From a virus (lineage: Duplodnaviria > Heunggongvirae > Uroviricota > Caudoviricetes): a stretch of DNA of 64,000 bases. Position 1 is the first letter of the stretch, and each line of letters begins with the position of its first letter. The notes under the pieces were generated by a model. It saw only the letters and a list, made by a program, of their open reading frames with translations. It did no database searches and had not been told where the DNA came from. The position numbers and the translations under genes were made by a program. Below are positions 28,211 through 36,788 of the stretch, one piece after another. Location of the stretch: the IMG/VR virus record IMGVR_UViG_3300037312_000757. One strand, written 5' to 3'.

Positions 28211-28442
28211 CTAGCCAACGTAACTTGAAGGCTAATGCTTCTGTTTCATTCCACAGTTCGACTTTGATGTAGCGATCTTTCCAGTCGCCACTATACACTA
28301 AACCACTTTGCCAAGCGTACTTTTTAATTTTTGTTTTGGGATCAACTTCAATCACCGACGGGCCGATGTTCGCGTGGAGCCACCGCTCAACTTCGACGGG
28401 CAGGTCACGTACGGTGAAGGGGATGAAGAATGTTGTTGTCAT
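28164..28442 (-). CDS. FKLxW-family small protein
   Basis: WLHANIG...EALAFKLRW. Confidence 0.75.
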   Translation of the reverse strand: MTTTFFIPFTVRDLPVEVERWLHANIGPSVIEVDPKTKIKKYAWQSGLVYSGDWKDRYIKVELWNETEALAFKLRWLDEIKRTVTNGNVQSK

Positions 28443-28495
28443 GTGCAGTTGCCAAAGTGGGTTGCTATTCTACTAGCGAGAATTGGCAACCGCAA

Positions 28496-28753
28496 TTAAG
28501 GCATTGACAACTTAAACGCTACTGCTGATGTGGCGTCTTTAAAGAGGAAGATGTTGAAGAAGCTCAGATATTCTTCTGGATCTGACGTTTGCATTGCTAA
28601 GGATTCAAAGTCCACAGTATTGAAGACATCAACCAGAACTTTATGCTCAAACCCATGCTGCCGAGCGATCCTAACCATATCAGAAATCTTGAAGGGTGCA
28701 GGCAATAGTCTACGTCGTTCTGGATCAGCATCAATCCATTGTCTGAGCTTCAT
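28496..28753 (-). CDS. FKLxW-family small protein
   Basis: FKDATSAVAFKL. Confidence 0.72.
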   Translation of the reverse strand: MKLRQWIDADPERRRLLPAPFKISDMVRIARQHGFEHKVLVDVFNTVDFESLAMQTSDPEEYLSFFNIFLFKDATSAVAFKLSMP

Positions 28754-28754
28754 A

Positions 28755-29039
28755 TCAGTACCAACGCTTCTTCACGTGTTCCTTGAGTTTGTCAAGGTTA
28801 CACATCAGCTTGAACTTGACTGCTTGAACACTGTCGTCGAAGTAAACCATGTCTTGGCAGATGACGAAAGATTCATAGCCGAGGTTTTCTATGCACCAAG
28901 ATACCATACGAGCCACTTTCACACCTTCTGGCATCTTCATGCGTTCGTATTGCTCGCATTTGTCAAGCTCTGCTCGTACCTGGCGTACGGGCATTTTTTG
29001 CTCTTTAAACAGCTGGTTGAAATGTTCGCGCACGTTCAT
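28755..29039 (-). CDS. FKLxW-family small protein
   Basis: WCIENLG...FDDSVQAVKFKL. Confidence 0.75.
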   Translation of the reverse strand: MNVREHFNQLFKEQKMPVRQVRAELDKCEQYERMKMPEGVKVARMVSWCIENLGYESFVICQDMVYFDDSVQAVKFKLMCNLDKLKEHVKKRWY

Positions 29040-29082
29040 CTTATTATTCTTATTGGCGTTTTGAAGCGGATATTTTAGCGCT

Positions 29083-29322
29083 TTATCCGTCGGCAGCAAA
29101 GAGCTCGTTGCCAATTTCCACGACGGTGCAAGCAAAACCCTTGTCATGCTGGAAGTCGCGGAACACTACATCGTTCTGTTGATATTCACGAACTTGCACC
29201 CAATGCCGAGCCACCGTGAAAATGCACAGTTCACAGTAATGCTCGACGATGAACGCCTTGCAATCTTGCTTTGTCATGTCGAAGTAGTTGCTGTCTATTG
29301 CAAGGCAGTTTAACACCAACAT
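29083..29322 (-). CDS. Hypothetical protein within the array (no FKLxW motif)
   Basis: 79 aa ORF filling a gap in the array. Confidence 0.5.
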   Translation of the reverse strand: MLVLNCLAIDSNYFDMTKQDCKAFIVEHYCELCIFTVARHWVQVREYQQNDVVFRDFQHDKGFACTVVEIGNELFAADG

Positions 29323-29329
29323 GCAATCA

Positions 29330-29689
29330 TTATCCGTTTTTTCTGCGTTCTTCTAGATACTCAGGGAAGAACAGCTTCCACTGAACCGCAAGGGTTGTGT
29401 CTGTGAAAAGGATGTATGAACCACCTTCATGATCAGACGACGTTTCGATCACATAGTCGTAGGTGGAGACTTTTTGAGAATTCATCCAGTTGTATAGATA
29501 CTCAAGATCATCGTAGCTGTATTCTGGTACAGCGTCAGGAAGCACGTTTCCCGGCGCTCTGAAACGTGCCATGACATAACCTGCTTGCTCGGCAGCTTTT
29601 TGAAATTCAGGGCTGTAGGCGAGGCCAAATTGATCAATGGCGACCTGCCACCATCTGAGCGCATCTATTTTATTCATAACCATATGCAA
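29330..29689 (-). CDS. FKLxW-family small protein
   Basis: FTDTTLAVQWKLF. Confidence 0.72.
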   Translation of the reverse strand: MHMVMNKIDALRWWQVAIDQFGLAYSPEFQKAAEQAGYVMARFRAPGNVLPDAVPEYSYDDLEYLYNWMNSQKVSTYDYVIETSSDHEGGSYILFTDTTLAVQWKLFFPEYLEERRKNG

Positions 29690-29957
29690 GCTTAAACGTC
29701 ATTGCGTCATTTGAGTGGGTGAAGAAGATCCGCTTGTCGCCCTTGGCATTAGCGTACTCATCACTCTCCCAGTAATCATCTTCACCAACGTTGTCTTCGA
29801 GCCAGCACAGCATGTCGAAGTGCTTTTCGGGTGGCCAACCATCGAAGTTGATCATGACGAACGGATACTTCATCGACATCAACTCGCTATCAATTTCGTC
29901 CGAATTGATCATCAAGCCAACGGCGGCAAGGACTCCCACGATTGCTCCCAATGACAA
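29670..29957 (-). CDS. FKLxW-family protein with N-terminal hydrophobic helix
   Basis: WLEDNVG...DAMTFKLAY. Confidence 0.75.
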   Translation of the reverse strand: MSLGAIVGVLAAVGLMINSDEIDSELMSMKYPFVMINFDGWPPEKHFDMLCWLEDNVGEDDYWESDEYANAKGDKRIFFTHSNDAMTFKLAYGYE

Positions 29958-30011
29958 AAGCCATATGATAGCACCATATGGCTTTTCGATGATAGCTATT
30001 TCCTATTGCAA

Positions 30012-30257
30012 TCAGGAGAACATTAGCTTGAAGATCAATGCATCATTTTCATCTTCGAAGGCATAGAGCAGGCTAACATTCTCCCAGATCGAAATCGGTT
30101 CAATGAACACTAGCGTGAACTTGGTTCCAAATACCCAAGCGTATTGGTGCGTGTCAGTCTTGATGCTGTATTCTTTATACTGATCGATTAGCAGCATTGC
30201 AGCCAGCTCATCGCAGTAATCGACGAATTTGTTAGCCGTCATTTCTACAAAATACAT
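30012..30257 (-). CDS. FKLxW-family small protein
   Basis: FEDENDALIFKLMF. Confidence 0.75.
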   Translation of the reverse strand: MYFVEMTANKFVDYCDELAAMLLIDQYKEYSIKTDTHQYAWVFGTKFTLVFIEPISIWENVSLLYAFEDENDALIFKLMFS

Positions 30258-30258
30258 G

Positions 30259-30525
30259 TCAACTCCACATCAATCGTGCCATCACAACATAACTGTCATC
30301 ATTGATTAATAGAATGACCTTCTCTGAACCCCATTCACGTATGACTTTCCAGCCCTTTCCACGCACGACAATCTTGTCACTCTTGATTTGCACGATCTTT
30401 TGCGGGCCGATGTTTTTACGAAGCCAAACGGCAATCTCTGGTGCCTGTTTGGTGTCTTGATCGACCCATTGCCCCATCCAAAGGTAGATGAACGGCAAGT
30501 GCTTGGTGATGTCGATCGTGTGCAT
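30259..30525 (-). CDS. FKLxW-family small protein
   Basis: IDIT, WLRKNIG, GKGW, VMARLMW. Confidence 0.75.
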   Translation of the reverse strand: MHTIDITKHLPFIYLWMGQWVDQDTKQAPEIAVWLRKNIGPQKIVQIKSDKIVVRGKGWKVIREWGSEKVILLINDDSYVVMARLMWS

Positions 30526-30526
30526 A

Positions 30527-30853
30527 TTAGAAACTAAGTTTGAATAAAACTGCCAGTTCGTCGTCTTCGATGTGAACTCGTTTCGAGAAGAAAAAGAATT
30601 TGTCGTTGGTGGCCTGCTCTTTGAAATTGCGATTTGCGAAGTCTATTCGAACCTTTCTCGAACAACGATCTTTATAGCATTCGTATTGCATGTATTCATA
30701 CTTCCAACCTTTGCCATTTACCGTATAGGTATGGCGAGTATGATTACCATCAATTACCGGACCGACGTTTTCTGACAACCAAAGAATCATTTCATCAAAT
30801 GATTGTTCGAATAAGTAATCGTGAACGTCGATCTCGTTTTTCATCAAAGCCAC
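30527..30853 (-). CDS. FKLxW-family small protein
   Basis: WLSENVG, GKGW, IEDDELAVLFKL. Confidence 0.78.
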   Translation of the reverse strand: MALMKNEIDVHDYLFEQSFDEMILWLSENVGPVIDGNHTRHTYTVNGKGWKYEYMQYECYKDRCSRKVRIDFANRNFKEQATNDKFFFFSKRVHIEDDELAVLFKLSF

Positions 30854-31104
30854 CTAAGTTTAAACATGAGGACATCTCGTTCATCTTGTAACTCTAAAGC
30901 CCAGGAACGTAGACGAGCCTCTGGATGTGCCAAACGCAGCGTGTATGATACTATAAGAAGTTGCCATCCGCACCCAATACTGGCTGGCCACGGAATAGTG
31001 TAGCGGACAACTGGCCCAACTGATTCAGATAACCAGCTGACCAGATCGTGAGTTTGAGAGAGTGATGCGGAAGTGACGAGATCCGATATGTCTATAATTC
31101 CCAT
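30844..31104 (-). CDS. FKLxW-family small protein
   Basis: WLSESVG, GCGW, DVLMFKLRW. Confidence 0.78.
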   Translation of the reverse strand: MGIIDISDLVTSASLSQTHDLVSWLSESVGPVVRYTIPWPASIGCGWQLLIVSYTLRLAHPEARLRSWALELQDERDVLMFKLRWL

Positions 31105-31355
31105 GATAGCTTGAACTGAATCATATGAACGTCATGATCAAATTCAAGGTAGAACTGGGTTTGTATGGAGCCATCGCCAATTTTCTGATACAGCTTGACA
31201 ATACGCCAGCCGTCACCAACAGCGGGAACATCGTTGTCGAACCACCAGGCATTTGCGTAATGAATGGTGCCAACGTTTTCGTCTAGCCATTCAAGCAATG
31301 CTTTTGGGAAGAAAATTAGTTCGTTTTTAGTGATTGAAATTGCGCTCACAGACAA
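31092..31355 (-). CDS. FKLxW-family small protein
   Basis: WLDENVG, GDGW, IQFKLSW. Confidence 0.78.
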   Translation of the reverse strand: MSVSAISITKNELIFFPKALLEWLDENVGTIHYANAWWFDNDVPAVGDGWRIVKLYQKIGDGSIQTQFYLEFDHDVHMIQFKLSWEL

Positions 31356-31558
31356 GCCAGCTTGAACATGATCTCAAGTGCTGGCTCATCAATGTAAACT
31401 TTCAATTCGTCGATAGTGACAATCATCAACCAACCGTCACCCTGATACATGCCGTGCTTGCAGCGAAACAATTTACCGACATTGGTAACTAACCATTCGG
31501 TAAATTTTTGCAGTTCGACACTAGAGGTAGATCGGTTTGTTAAATGAATCATGACCAA
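31346..31558 (-). CDS. FKLxW-family small protein
   Basis: WLVTNVG, GDGW, IMFKL. Confidence 0.78.
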   Translation of the reverse strand: MVMIHLTNRSTSSVELQKFTEWLVTNVGKLFRCKHGMYQGDGWLMIVTIDELKVYIDEPALEIMFKLACL

Positions 31559-31797
31559 ATCAGCTTAAACATAACTGCCAGCGAATCGTCTTCGATTTCC
31601 ACGAAGTACGATGTGCGGATGTCGCCAGCAGCATTGCGTACATCATAACGTTTGACCGTCCACCCATCACCATAAGCAGTCTGGATGTGAATAGTCTTTA
31701 GTCGTCCGATGTTATCAATAAGCCAATGCTTGATTGGTTGCCAATGTTCTGTCTTAGCGTCACCTACCATGTATTTAGATATATCGATAGGTGTCAT
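31549..31797 (-). CDS. FKLxW-family small protein
   Basis: WLIDNIG, GDGW, LAVMFKLIW. Confidence 0.78.
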   Translation of the reverse strand: MTPIDISKYMVGDAKTEHWQPIKHWLIDNIGRLKTIHIQTAYGDGWTVKRYDVRNAAGDIRTSYFVEIEDDSLAVMFKLIWS

Positions 31798-32045
31798 GCG
31801 AAACTCAATTTGAATGCTACGGCAAGCGTGTCGTCATCGAACTCAACACACCATTGAATTCCCTTCTTGCGTGAAGGGTCTTGATTGAGTCGAGGAAACA
31901 TGCGCCATCCTTCGCCGATACGATCAGCGATATCCAAGGACGGACCCACGTGTTCCTTTAGCCATGAACGCATTTCACGTCTCTTACTGGCGTGTTCCGA
32001 AATGAAATATCGTTCGAGAATGAAATCAATAACGACTAATGCCAT
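31794..32045 (-). CDS. FKLxW-family small protein
   Basis: WLKEHVG, GEGW, DDDTLAVAFKL. Confidence 0.78.
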   Translation of the reverse strand: MALVVIDFILERYFISEHASKRREMRSWLKEHVGPSLDIADRIGEGWRMFPRLNQDPSRKKGIQWCVEFDDDTLAVAFKLSFA

Positions 32046-32396
32046 TTATAGCCACCGCAGCTTAAACATCACTGCCAGTTTAGCATCTAAAATATGAAGG
32101 TAATACCGAGATTCTGATATCGTTTTTGAGTATGGCAAAGCTGCCCAAGGTTGACCAGGCTTGCCACCCCATTCATGCTCAGGTATCGGGTTTTGCATAT
32201 AGACGGTTTCGTATGTAATCGCCCAGTGTTCGCCACGATTTCTGATTTGTTGAGCATGCCCAGTCTCGATCAACTCAAAACTAGGAAGTCCAAGAATTTC
32301 TGGTCCTATGTTTTCGTGCAACCAAGCGAATACTTCGTTATCTGAGTCCTTGACTAGCAGATATTTCCACATCAAGTCCGTGATGTTTATAACCAT
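32046..32396 (-). CDS. FKLxW-family small protein
   Basis: WLHENIG, GEHW, LAVMFKLRW. Confidence 0.78.
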   Translation of the reverse strand: MVINITDLMWKYLLVKDSDNEVFAWLHENIGPEILGLPSFELIETGHAQQIRNRGEHWAITYETVYMQNPIPEHEWGGKPGQPWAALPYSKTISESRYYLHILDAKLAVMFKLRWL

Positions 32397-32623
32397 ATAA
32401 GCGAAAATCTCCGTTCGCTTTGTTCTTCAACGCATTCAAGGAAGAATCGTTCTTCACGTTCGTGAATGACCCACCCACGACCACACCAACGACCTTCGAC
32501 TGGTGCTTCAGGTTTGCGTTTTCCACCGATTTGTTCGTAAAGCCAATTCACGCACATTGGAATTGACTGTGAGTTGCGACCATTAAGGTGCTTGGTGATA
32601 ATTCTTGTAATTTCTATAGCCAT
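32387..32623 (-). CDS. FKLxW-family small protein
   Basis: WLYEQIG, GRGW, FSLIW. Confidence 0.75.
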   Translation of the reverse strand: MAIEITRIITKHLNGRNSQSIPMCVNWLYEQIGGKRKPEAPVEGRWCGRGWVIHEREERFFLECVEEQSERRFSLIWL

Positions 32624-32853
32624 TTCAATTTGAATGCCACTGCTAGTGTGTCATCATCAATATTTACATACCATGTATGACCACCTTGGGTGAATTCAAC
32701 CTCGATAGTCCAACCCACACCAGAGTACGAAAACAGCATCTGGCCTGAGTCGTGTTGAGGACCAATATCCATCTTCAATGCAGTCAACAAAGCTTGCAGA
32801 TCGCCTGCTGGATTTTCTGGTCCGATGTGAGACGTTACGTCAATCAGGGCCAT
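32614..32853 (-). CDS. FKLxW-family small protein
   Basis: GVGW, DDDTLAVAFKLKW. Confidence 0.78.
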   Translation of the reverse strand: MALIDVTSHIGPENPAGDLQALLTALKMDIGPQHDSGQMLFSYSGVGWTIEVEFTQGGHTWYVNIDDDTLAVAFKLKWL

Positions 32854-33158
32854 GTCAGCTTAAACATCACGGCCAATTCAGGGTCATCAATAGTGACGCA
32901 CCACTGATAACTCGTTTCCATAGGCTTGTCTGACTCATTTGAGATCGCCATTTTGTTCAATGACCATCCTTCACCACAACGACCAATACCAACACCGTCA
33001 TAAATTGGATCGTAACCCTGCATCGCTCTGCTAACATTCGTTTCCAACCACTCAACCATCTCGTAATAGTTGTCGAACAGAATGTCGCTGAATGCAGGGT
33101 ATAAGTCAGGAGTATTTTTCTTGCTCAGATATTTCTGAACATTAATATAGTTCTTCAT
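32844..33158 (-). CDS. FKLxW-family small protein
   Basis: WLETNV, GEGW, LAVMFKLTW. Confidence 0.78.
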   Translation of the reverse strand: MKNYINVQKYLSKKNTPDLYPAFSDILFDNYYEMVEWLETNVSRAMQGYDPIYDGVGIGRCGEGWSLNKMAISNESDKPMETSYQWCVTIDDPELAVMFKLTWP

Positions 33159-33439
33159 CCGCAGTGATCGCCATACTTGAGTTTATACATAACAGCATGG
33201 CTATCGTCATCGATCGTCAATGCGATACCGCTTCGATTTTCATCGTTAGACCGATTGATGTCAATACGCCAGCCATAACCATAATATGGCAAATAGCGGT
33301 TATTGTCAGATATTGTCCAACCAACATTATCGTCGAGCCAATCAATTACTTCGACGTAGATTGATGGCTGCGGAGCTTTGTTTATGATTGAGACGCTGTG
33401 GTAGTGCTCATACCACATTCTGGTGATGTTGAAGTCCAC
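33155..33439 (-). CDS. FKLxW-family small protein
   Basis: WLDDNVG, GYGW, HAVMYKLKY. Confidence 0.78.
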   Translation of the reverse strand: MDFNITRMWYEHYHSVSIINKAPQPSIYVEVIDWLDDNVGWTISDNNRYLPYYGYGWRIDINRSNDENRSGIALTIDDDSHAVMYKLKYGDHCG

Positions 33440-33440
33440 G

Positions 33441-33728
33441 TCATTGTTCTTTTATTGGGACGTCCGGCACAATCATTCTAAAGTGAACGGCATCTGCATC
33501 ATTCTCTAGATGCAAATAGCGTTTCATTGTTACATATCCATGTGAATCGGGTGGTGACATCACCCATTCAATCTCCCATCCATCCCCTTTTGCTGGAGAT
33601 GCCGGCCGTCCGCTTGGCAAGCGGCGTGTTGCTTGCGCTCCGGTTGTCGGATATGCTGGGCTTATGTGTGCTTGACACCATTCGCTGACAACTCTTGCGC
33701 TGATATTTGAGACGTCGAAAGTGACCAT
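33441..33728 (-). CDS. FKLxW-family small protein
   Basis: WCQAHI, GDGW, DAVHFRM. Confidence 0.75.
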   Translation of the reverse strand: MVTFDVSNISARVVSEWCQAHISPAYPTTGAQATRRLPSGRPASPAKGDGWEIEWVMSPPDSHGYVTMKRYLHLENDADAVHFRMIVPDVPIKEQ

Positions 33729-33961
33729 ACTATTTTGAATTGTAGTTCGTCAAGTTCATTTTCGAACTCGAAGCAGAAGCGCAGACCACCACGGCCACGA
33801 ACGCGCTTCAGGCTGGCTAGCCAACCGTCACCGATATGAATTCCTCCGGCCATTTGCTTGATTGCGCCGATGTTCGACGCACACCAGTCAATCATCTGGT
33901 CGAAACGCAGCGGATCGGTCCCGTTTGCGTTGTCCATCACAAAGTCAGTCACATCGATCAT
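33662..33961 (-). CDS. FKLxW-family small protein
   Basis: GGAGG SD; WCASNIG, GDGW, LQFKIVW. Confidence 0.75.
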   Translation of the reverse strand: MIDVTDFVMDNANGTDPLRFDQMIDWCASNIGAIKQMAGGIHIGDGWLASLKRVRGRGGLRFCFEFENELDELQFKIVWSLSTSQISAQELSANGVKHT

Positions 33962-34016
33962 AATACCTCCGAAGATCATTCATTATAGCACAAATGAAGG
34001 ATCATTTGTAGGAGAA

Positions 34017-34421
34017 TTACAGCCAGCGCAGCTTGAACATTGCGATGCCTTCCTTGTCGCGGAACTTGAGTGTCAAGGTATCGCGCATCAACGAATTATT
34101 GTTGAAATACGTGAGGTCGAGCCACTTTGCATGCCAGCGATATTTACCCGATGCGCCGCCTTCACCAAGTGTCTCACGGCACCATTCGACCTTCTCTGCA
34201 AAGTTTTCGACAATCACGTGCCATTCATTTCCAACTTGCCTGATTTTCATCAGTTGTTCTTCCCGAGCTTGTAGATCCAATTGGTGACGATATTGCTGAA
34301 GCCACGCCGAGGTCATCAAAGTAGACTTACCAGTATTTCTCGCTCCCCAAATGACAGCCTGTCCAGCAGGAATACCATTTTGCCAATTTGGTGGAATCCA
34401 TGCACCTGGGTTGTGACTCAT
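34017..34421 (-). CDS. FKLxW-family protein with an N-terminal Walker-A-like segment
   Basis: GARNTGKST; WCRETLG...IAMFKLRW. Confidence 0.72.
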   Translation of the reverse strand: MSHNPGAWIPPNWQNGIPAGQAVIWGARNTGKSTLMTSAWLQQYRHQLDLQAREEQLMKIRQVGNEWHVIVENFAEKVEWCRETLGEGGASGKYRWHAKWLDLTYFNNNSLMRDTLTLKFRDKEGIAMFKLRWL

Positions 34422-34672
34422 AAAATGCTCATCTTGAATTGTACGGCTTCGTTGTCATCTGGTACCGACACGAAAAGTTGATACGTTCTGGATGATGACT
34501 TCACCACATGCAATACTCGGGCGGAGCTAATCGTTTGGAGGAATTCATCAAATTCTTCACGCTCACTGCTATCAACTTCTAGCAGAAAGTTGTAGCCGAT
34601 CCTGAAACCATGCCGCATCCAGAATTCACCCTGGTCGACATGTTTACTCCATTGTAATTTAATACCTTTCAT
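34418..34672 (-). CDS. FKLxW-family small protein (first gene of the array)
   Basis: DDNEAVQFKM. Confidence 0.7.
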   Translation of the reverse strand: MKGIKLQWSKHVDQGEFWMRHGFRIGYNFLLEVDSSEREEFDEFLQTISSARVLHVVKSSSRTYQLFVSVPDDNEAVQFKMSIL

Positions 34673-34742
34673 GATTCTTATGGTGAAATGGCAAGGGGTT
34701 TACCTTGCCATTTTACTACGACTATGATCTCACACAACGATA

Positions 34743-34934
34743 TTATGGCTTTTTCTTGCCATACATGTTGTTCATCAAACGCTTCGCCCAGGCTTCTGGG
34801 TCTTCATCCGTGCTCTTCTCGCGCGCTTCCAGTGCTTCCTTAGCAAGACGTCGCGTTTCCTCGCTCATCGGTACAGGTTTCCCTGACCTGAAACGCTCTA
34901 ATGCTTCGCCAAACTTCAACTTCGTTGGTTTCAT
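34743..34934 (-). CDS. Hypothetical protein
   Basis: ATGA overlap with the upstream gene. Confidence 0.55.
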   Translation of the reverse strand: MKPTKLKFGEALERFRSGKPVPMSEETRRLAKEALEAREKSTDEDPEAWAKRLMNNMYGKKKP

Positions 34935-35224
34935 TTGGCCAAAGCTTCGGATGCGATCTCGACAATTTCATCGGCATCACCCAGGGCAGTCTTTTCTGTT
35001 GATGCGGATGAGATGCGCAGGATGTCAACCAGTGCCTTCTTGAGGCCTGGTACTTGACGCTCGAGGAACTCTTTGCCAGCTGCACCTTCGATCGCATGAG
35101 CGATCAGTTCGACGAAATCATTGTACTTGATGTAGTCGCCGTTCTCATCCATGTACAGGCCCTTGTTGCCATCATCGTCGACCTGACCGAGGGTGTATCG
35201 TTGCGGAGTAATCATGTAAGCCAT
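34931..35224 (-). CDS. Hypothetical protein
   Basis: RY.......M.E.GDYI.Y.D motif seen in small phage proteins. Confidence 0.65.
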   Translation of the reverse strand: MAYMITPQRYTLGQVDDDGNKGLYMDENGDYIKYNDFVELIAHAIEGAAGKEFLERQVPGLKKALVDILRISSASTEKTALGDADEIVEIASEALAK

Positions 35225-35802
35225 CCTGGTTTTCTAAATTCAGTGGGTTCTGCCTGGGTTTCATCGCGCTCCTCTAGAGTCCACGAGCTATCAGAAAGCG
35301 TCTCAACCTCATTGAATTCTTCGTGAGGAATTGGCTCTATGACTGGAGTCGAGTTGATGCCAATTGTAGCATCGTCTTTATGATTGGCGTTCATATTAGT
35401 AACCATATCTTTCAATACTTGGTTTTCTTCTCTGATAAGGGAGATTTCGTATTGTAGTTTGGCTACTTGTTCTTCGAGGGGATCGATTTCCTCTTCGATG
35501 TTCATCATGAAGCCGTGTTCGAGCAGGAGGATGTTGGCGAATACGTACAGTCTTGTGGTGAAGAGTTCTTTGGTGACGTTATTGTGATCGATGTGTTGTC
35601 CATCGTGTGTGGTGCCACCGAATACTTTGGCAGCTAGATCCAGGACATTGTCTTTTGCGATGGGTGGGAGGACTAGGCCGCTTTTCTTTACTTGGTTTTC
35701 GAGCATATTGATGAGGAACTTGGTGATCTTCTCCTCATAATTTTCATCGCTCGCGTCGCGGTTACCAAGCACCCGCATTAGGGTGTTGATTATTGATTTC
35801 AT
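35212..35802 (-). CDS. Hypothetical coiled-coil protein
   Basis: GGAG SD; 196 aa. Confidence 0.65.
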   Translation of the reverse strand: MKSIINTLMRVLGNRDASDENYEEKITKFLINMLENQVKKSGLVLPPIAKDNVLDLAAKVFGGTTHDGQHIDHNNVTKELFTTRLYVFANILLLEHGFMMNIEEEIDPLEEQVAKLQYEISLIREENQVLKDMVTNMNANHKDDATIGINSTPVIEPIPHEEFNEVETLSDSSWTLEERDETQAEPTEFRKPGWLT

Positions 35803-35985
35803 TGATCTTTCTCCGGGATGGATTTCTTTTTGATGCCGCGGATACTTGATCTGTAATCATGTGATAGCAGCGATCACATGAATTTATCATCAAAGTGGTG
35901 AATGATACCTTGCTTTGCTGAGGAAGCGACGTTTGTCACAGAAGCTTGGTGTGCCTGTGTCTGCCATCAAGATCACAATCGAGGC

Positions 35986-36171
35986 TCAAAGCAGCCCGAA
36001 TCCGTGAGTAGCTAGTATGCAGAAAATCAGGATCAAGAGGCCGATGTTGAAGGGGACGGCTGGTACATATCGTGTCGTGTAATAGATTAGCGCCGAACAC
36101 GTGATAATGCCAGCCGCAAAGCATGCAAGGCCGAAGAGAAGAGTTGTTTGCAGATATGGGGAGACGAACAT
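35986..36171 (-). CDS. Small two-TM membrane protein
   Basis: Two hydrophobic segments. Confidence 0.55.
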   Translation of the reverse strand: MFVSPYLQTTLLFGLACFAAGIITCSALIYYTTRYVPAVPFNIGLLILIFCILATHGFGLL

Positions 36172-36172
36172 C

Positions 36173-36406
36173 TTACATCACCGTATGTGTACGTGCTCGC
36201 CAGCAATCACCATTATCTGGATTCATGAGTGCGTTGAAGTAGCAGTCTGGATCGTAGTACCACAATTCGTCCCAATAAAGTCTTGACACTTCTGGTATAA
36301 ACGGTTCACCGTCTTCCGTGAACCGTTTCACATCGTACCAACCTGGTATTGCGGGATCGTAAGTGCAGGCAAACCACTCGGTCAAGCTTTCACCCAACCC
36401 TAGCAT
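36173..36406 (-). CDS. Hypothetical protein
   Basis: AGGAG SD; TEWF....P..PG.Y motif. Confidence 0.65.
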   Translation of the reverse strand: MLGLGESLTEWFACTYDPAIPGWYDVKRFTEDGEPFIPEVSRLYWDELWYYDPDCYFNALMNPDNGDCWRARTHTVM

Positions 36407-36467
36407 TCGGGGCTCCTTACTATCTAACGAGCCTACCTATTATAGCGGAACGCTAAGGTGAATGCGG

Positions 36468-36788
36468 TTAGGGTCGATTTAGATAAGTCACGATCGCCAC
36501 AAGAACGTCTTCAGCTTTCGGATCTTTGAGTGTGCTGAGTATGCGACAGGAAGCTGTTAAAAGAGCCTTGGCGCTGTTTACGTGCTCTTTTAGATGCGGG
36601 TAGTCAGTTGCCCCTGCCAGGTGCAGGAAGGCGCTCTGATCAAGTTTGGCAGGCATTCCTCGAAGTAGGTTAGCATGCAAGTTAGTTGGATCTTCGAGTT
36701 TACGCCATTCATATAGCTCTTTGTCTCTTGCTACGAGAAGCATGCACAGTTCTTCTTTTGACAACTCGGGGTAATCAATATCAGACAT
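36468..36788 (-). CDS. Hypothetical protein
   Basis: LHANLLRG.PAKL; coupled to the upstream gene. Confidence 0.65.
   Translation of the reverse strand: MSDIDYPELSKEELCMLLVARDKELYEWRKLEDPTNLHANLLRGMPAKLDQSAFLHLAGATDYPHLKEHVNSAKALLTASCRILSTLKDPKAEDVLVAIVTYLNRP

Noticed and set aside
26163-34672. CRISPR array, integron attC cassettes or DGR
   Set aside because: No intergenic repeats (genes overlap), no integrase or reverse transcriptase in the window, and no adenine-specific template/variable repeat pair seen
35858-35880. CRP site in CATGTGATAGCAGCGATCACATG
   Set aside because: TGTGA-TCACA spacing is 9, not 6
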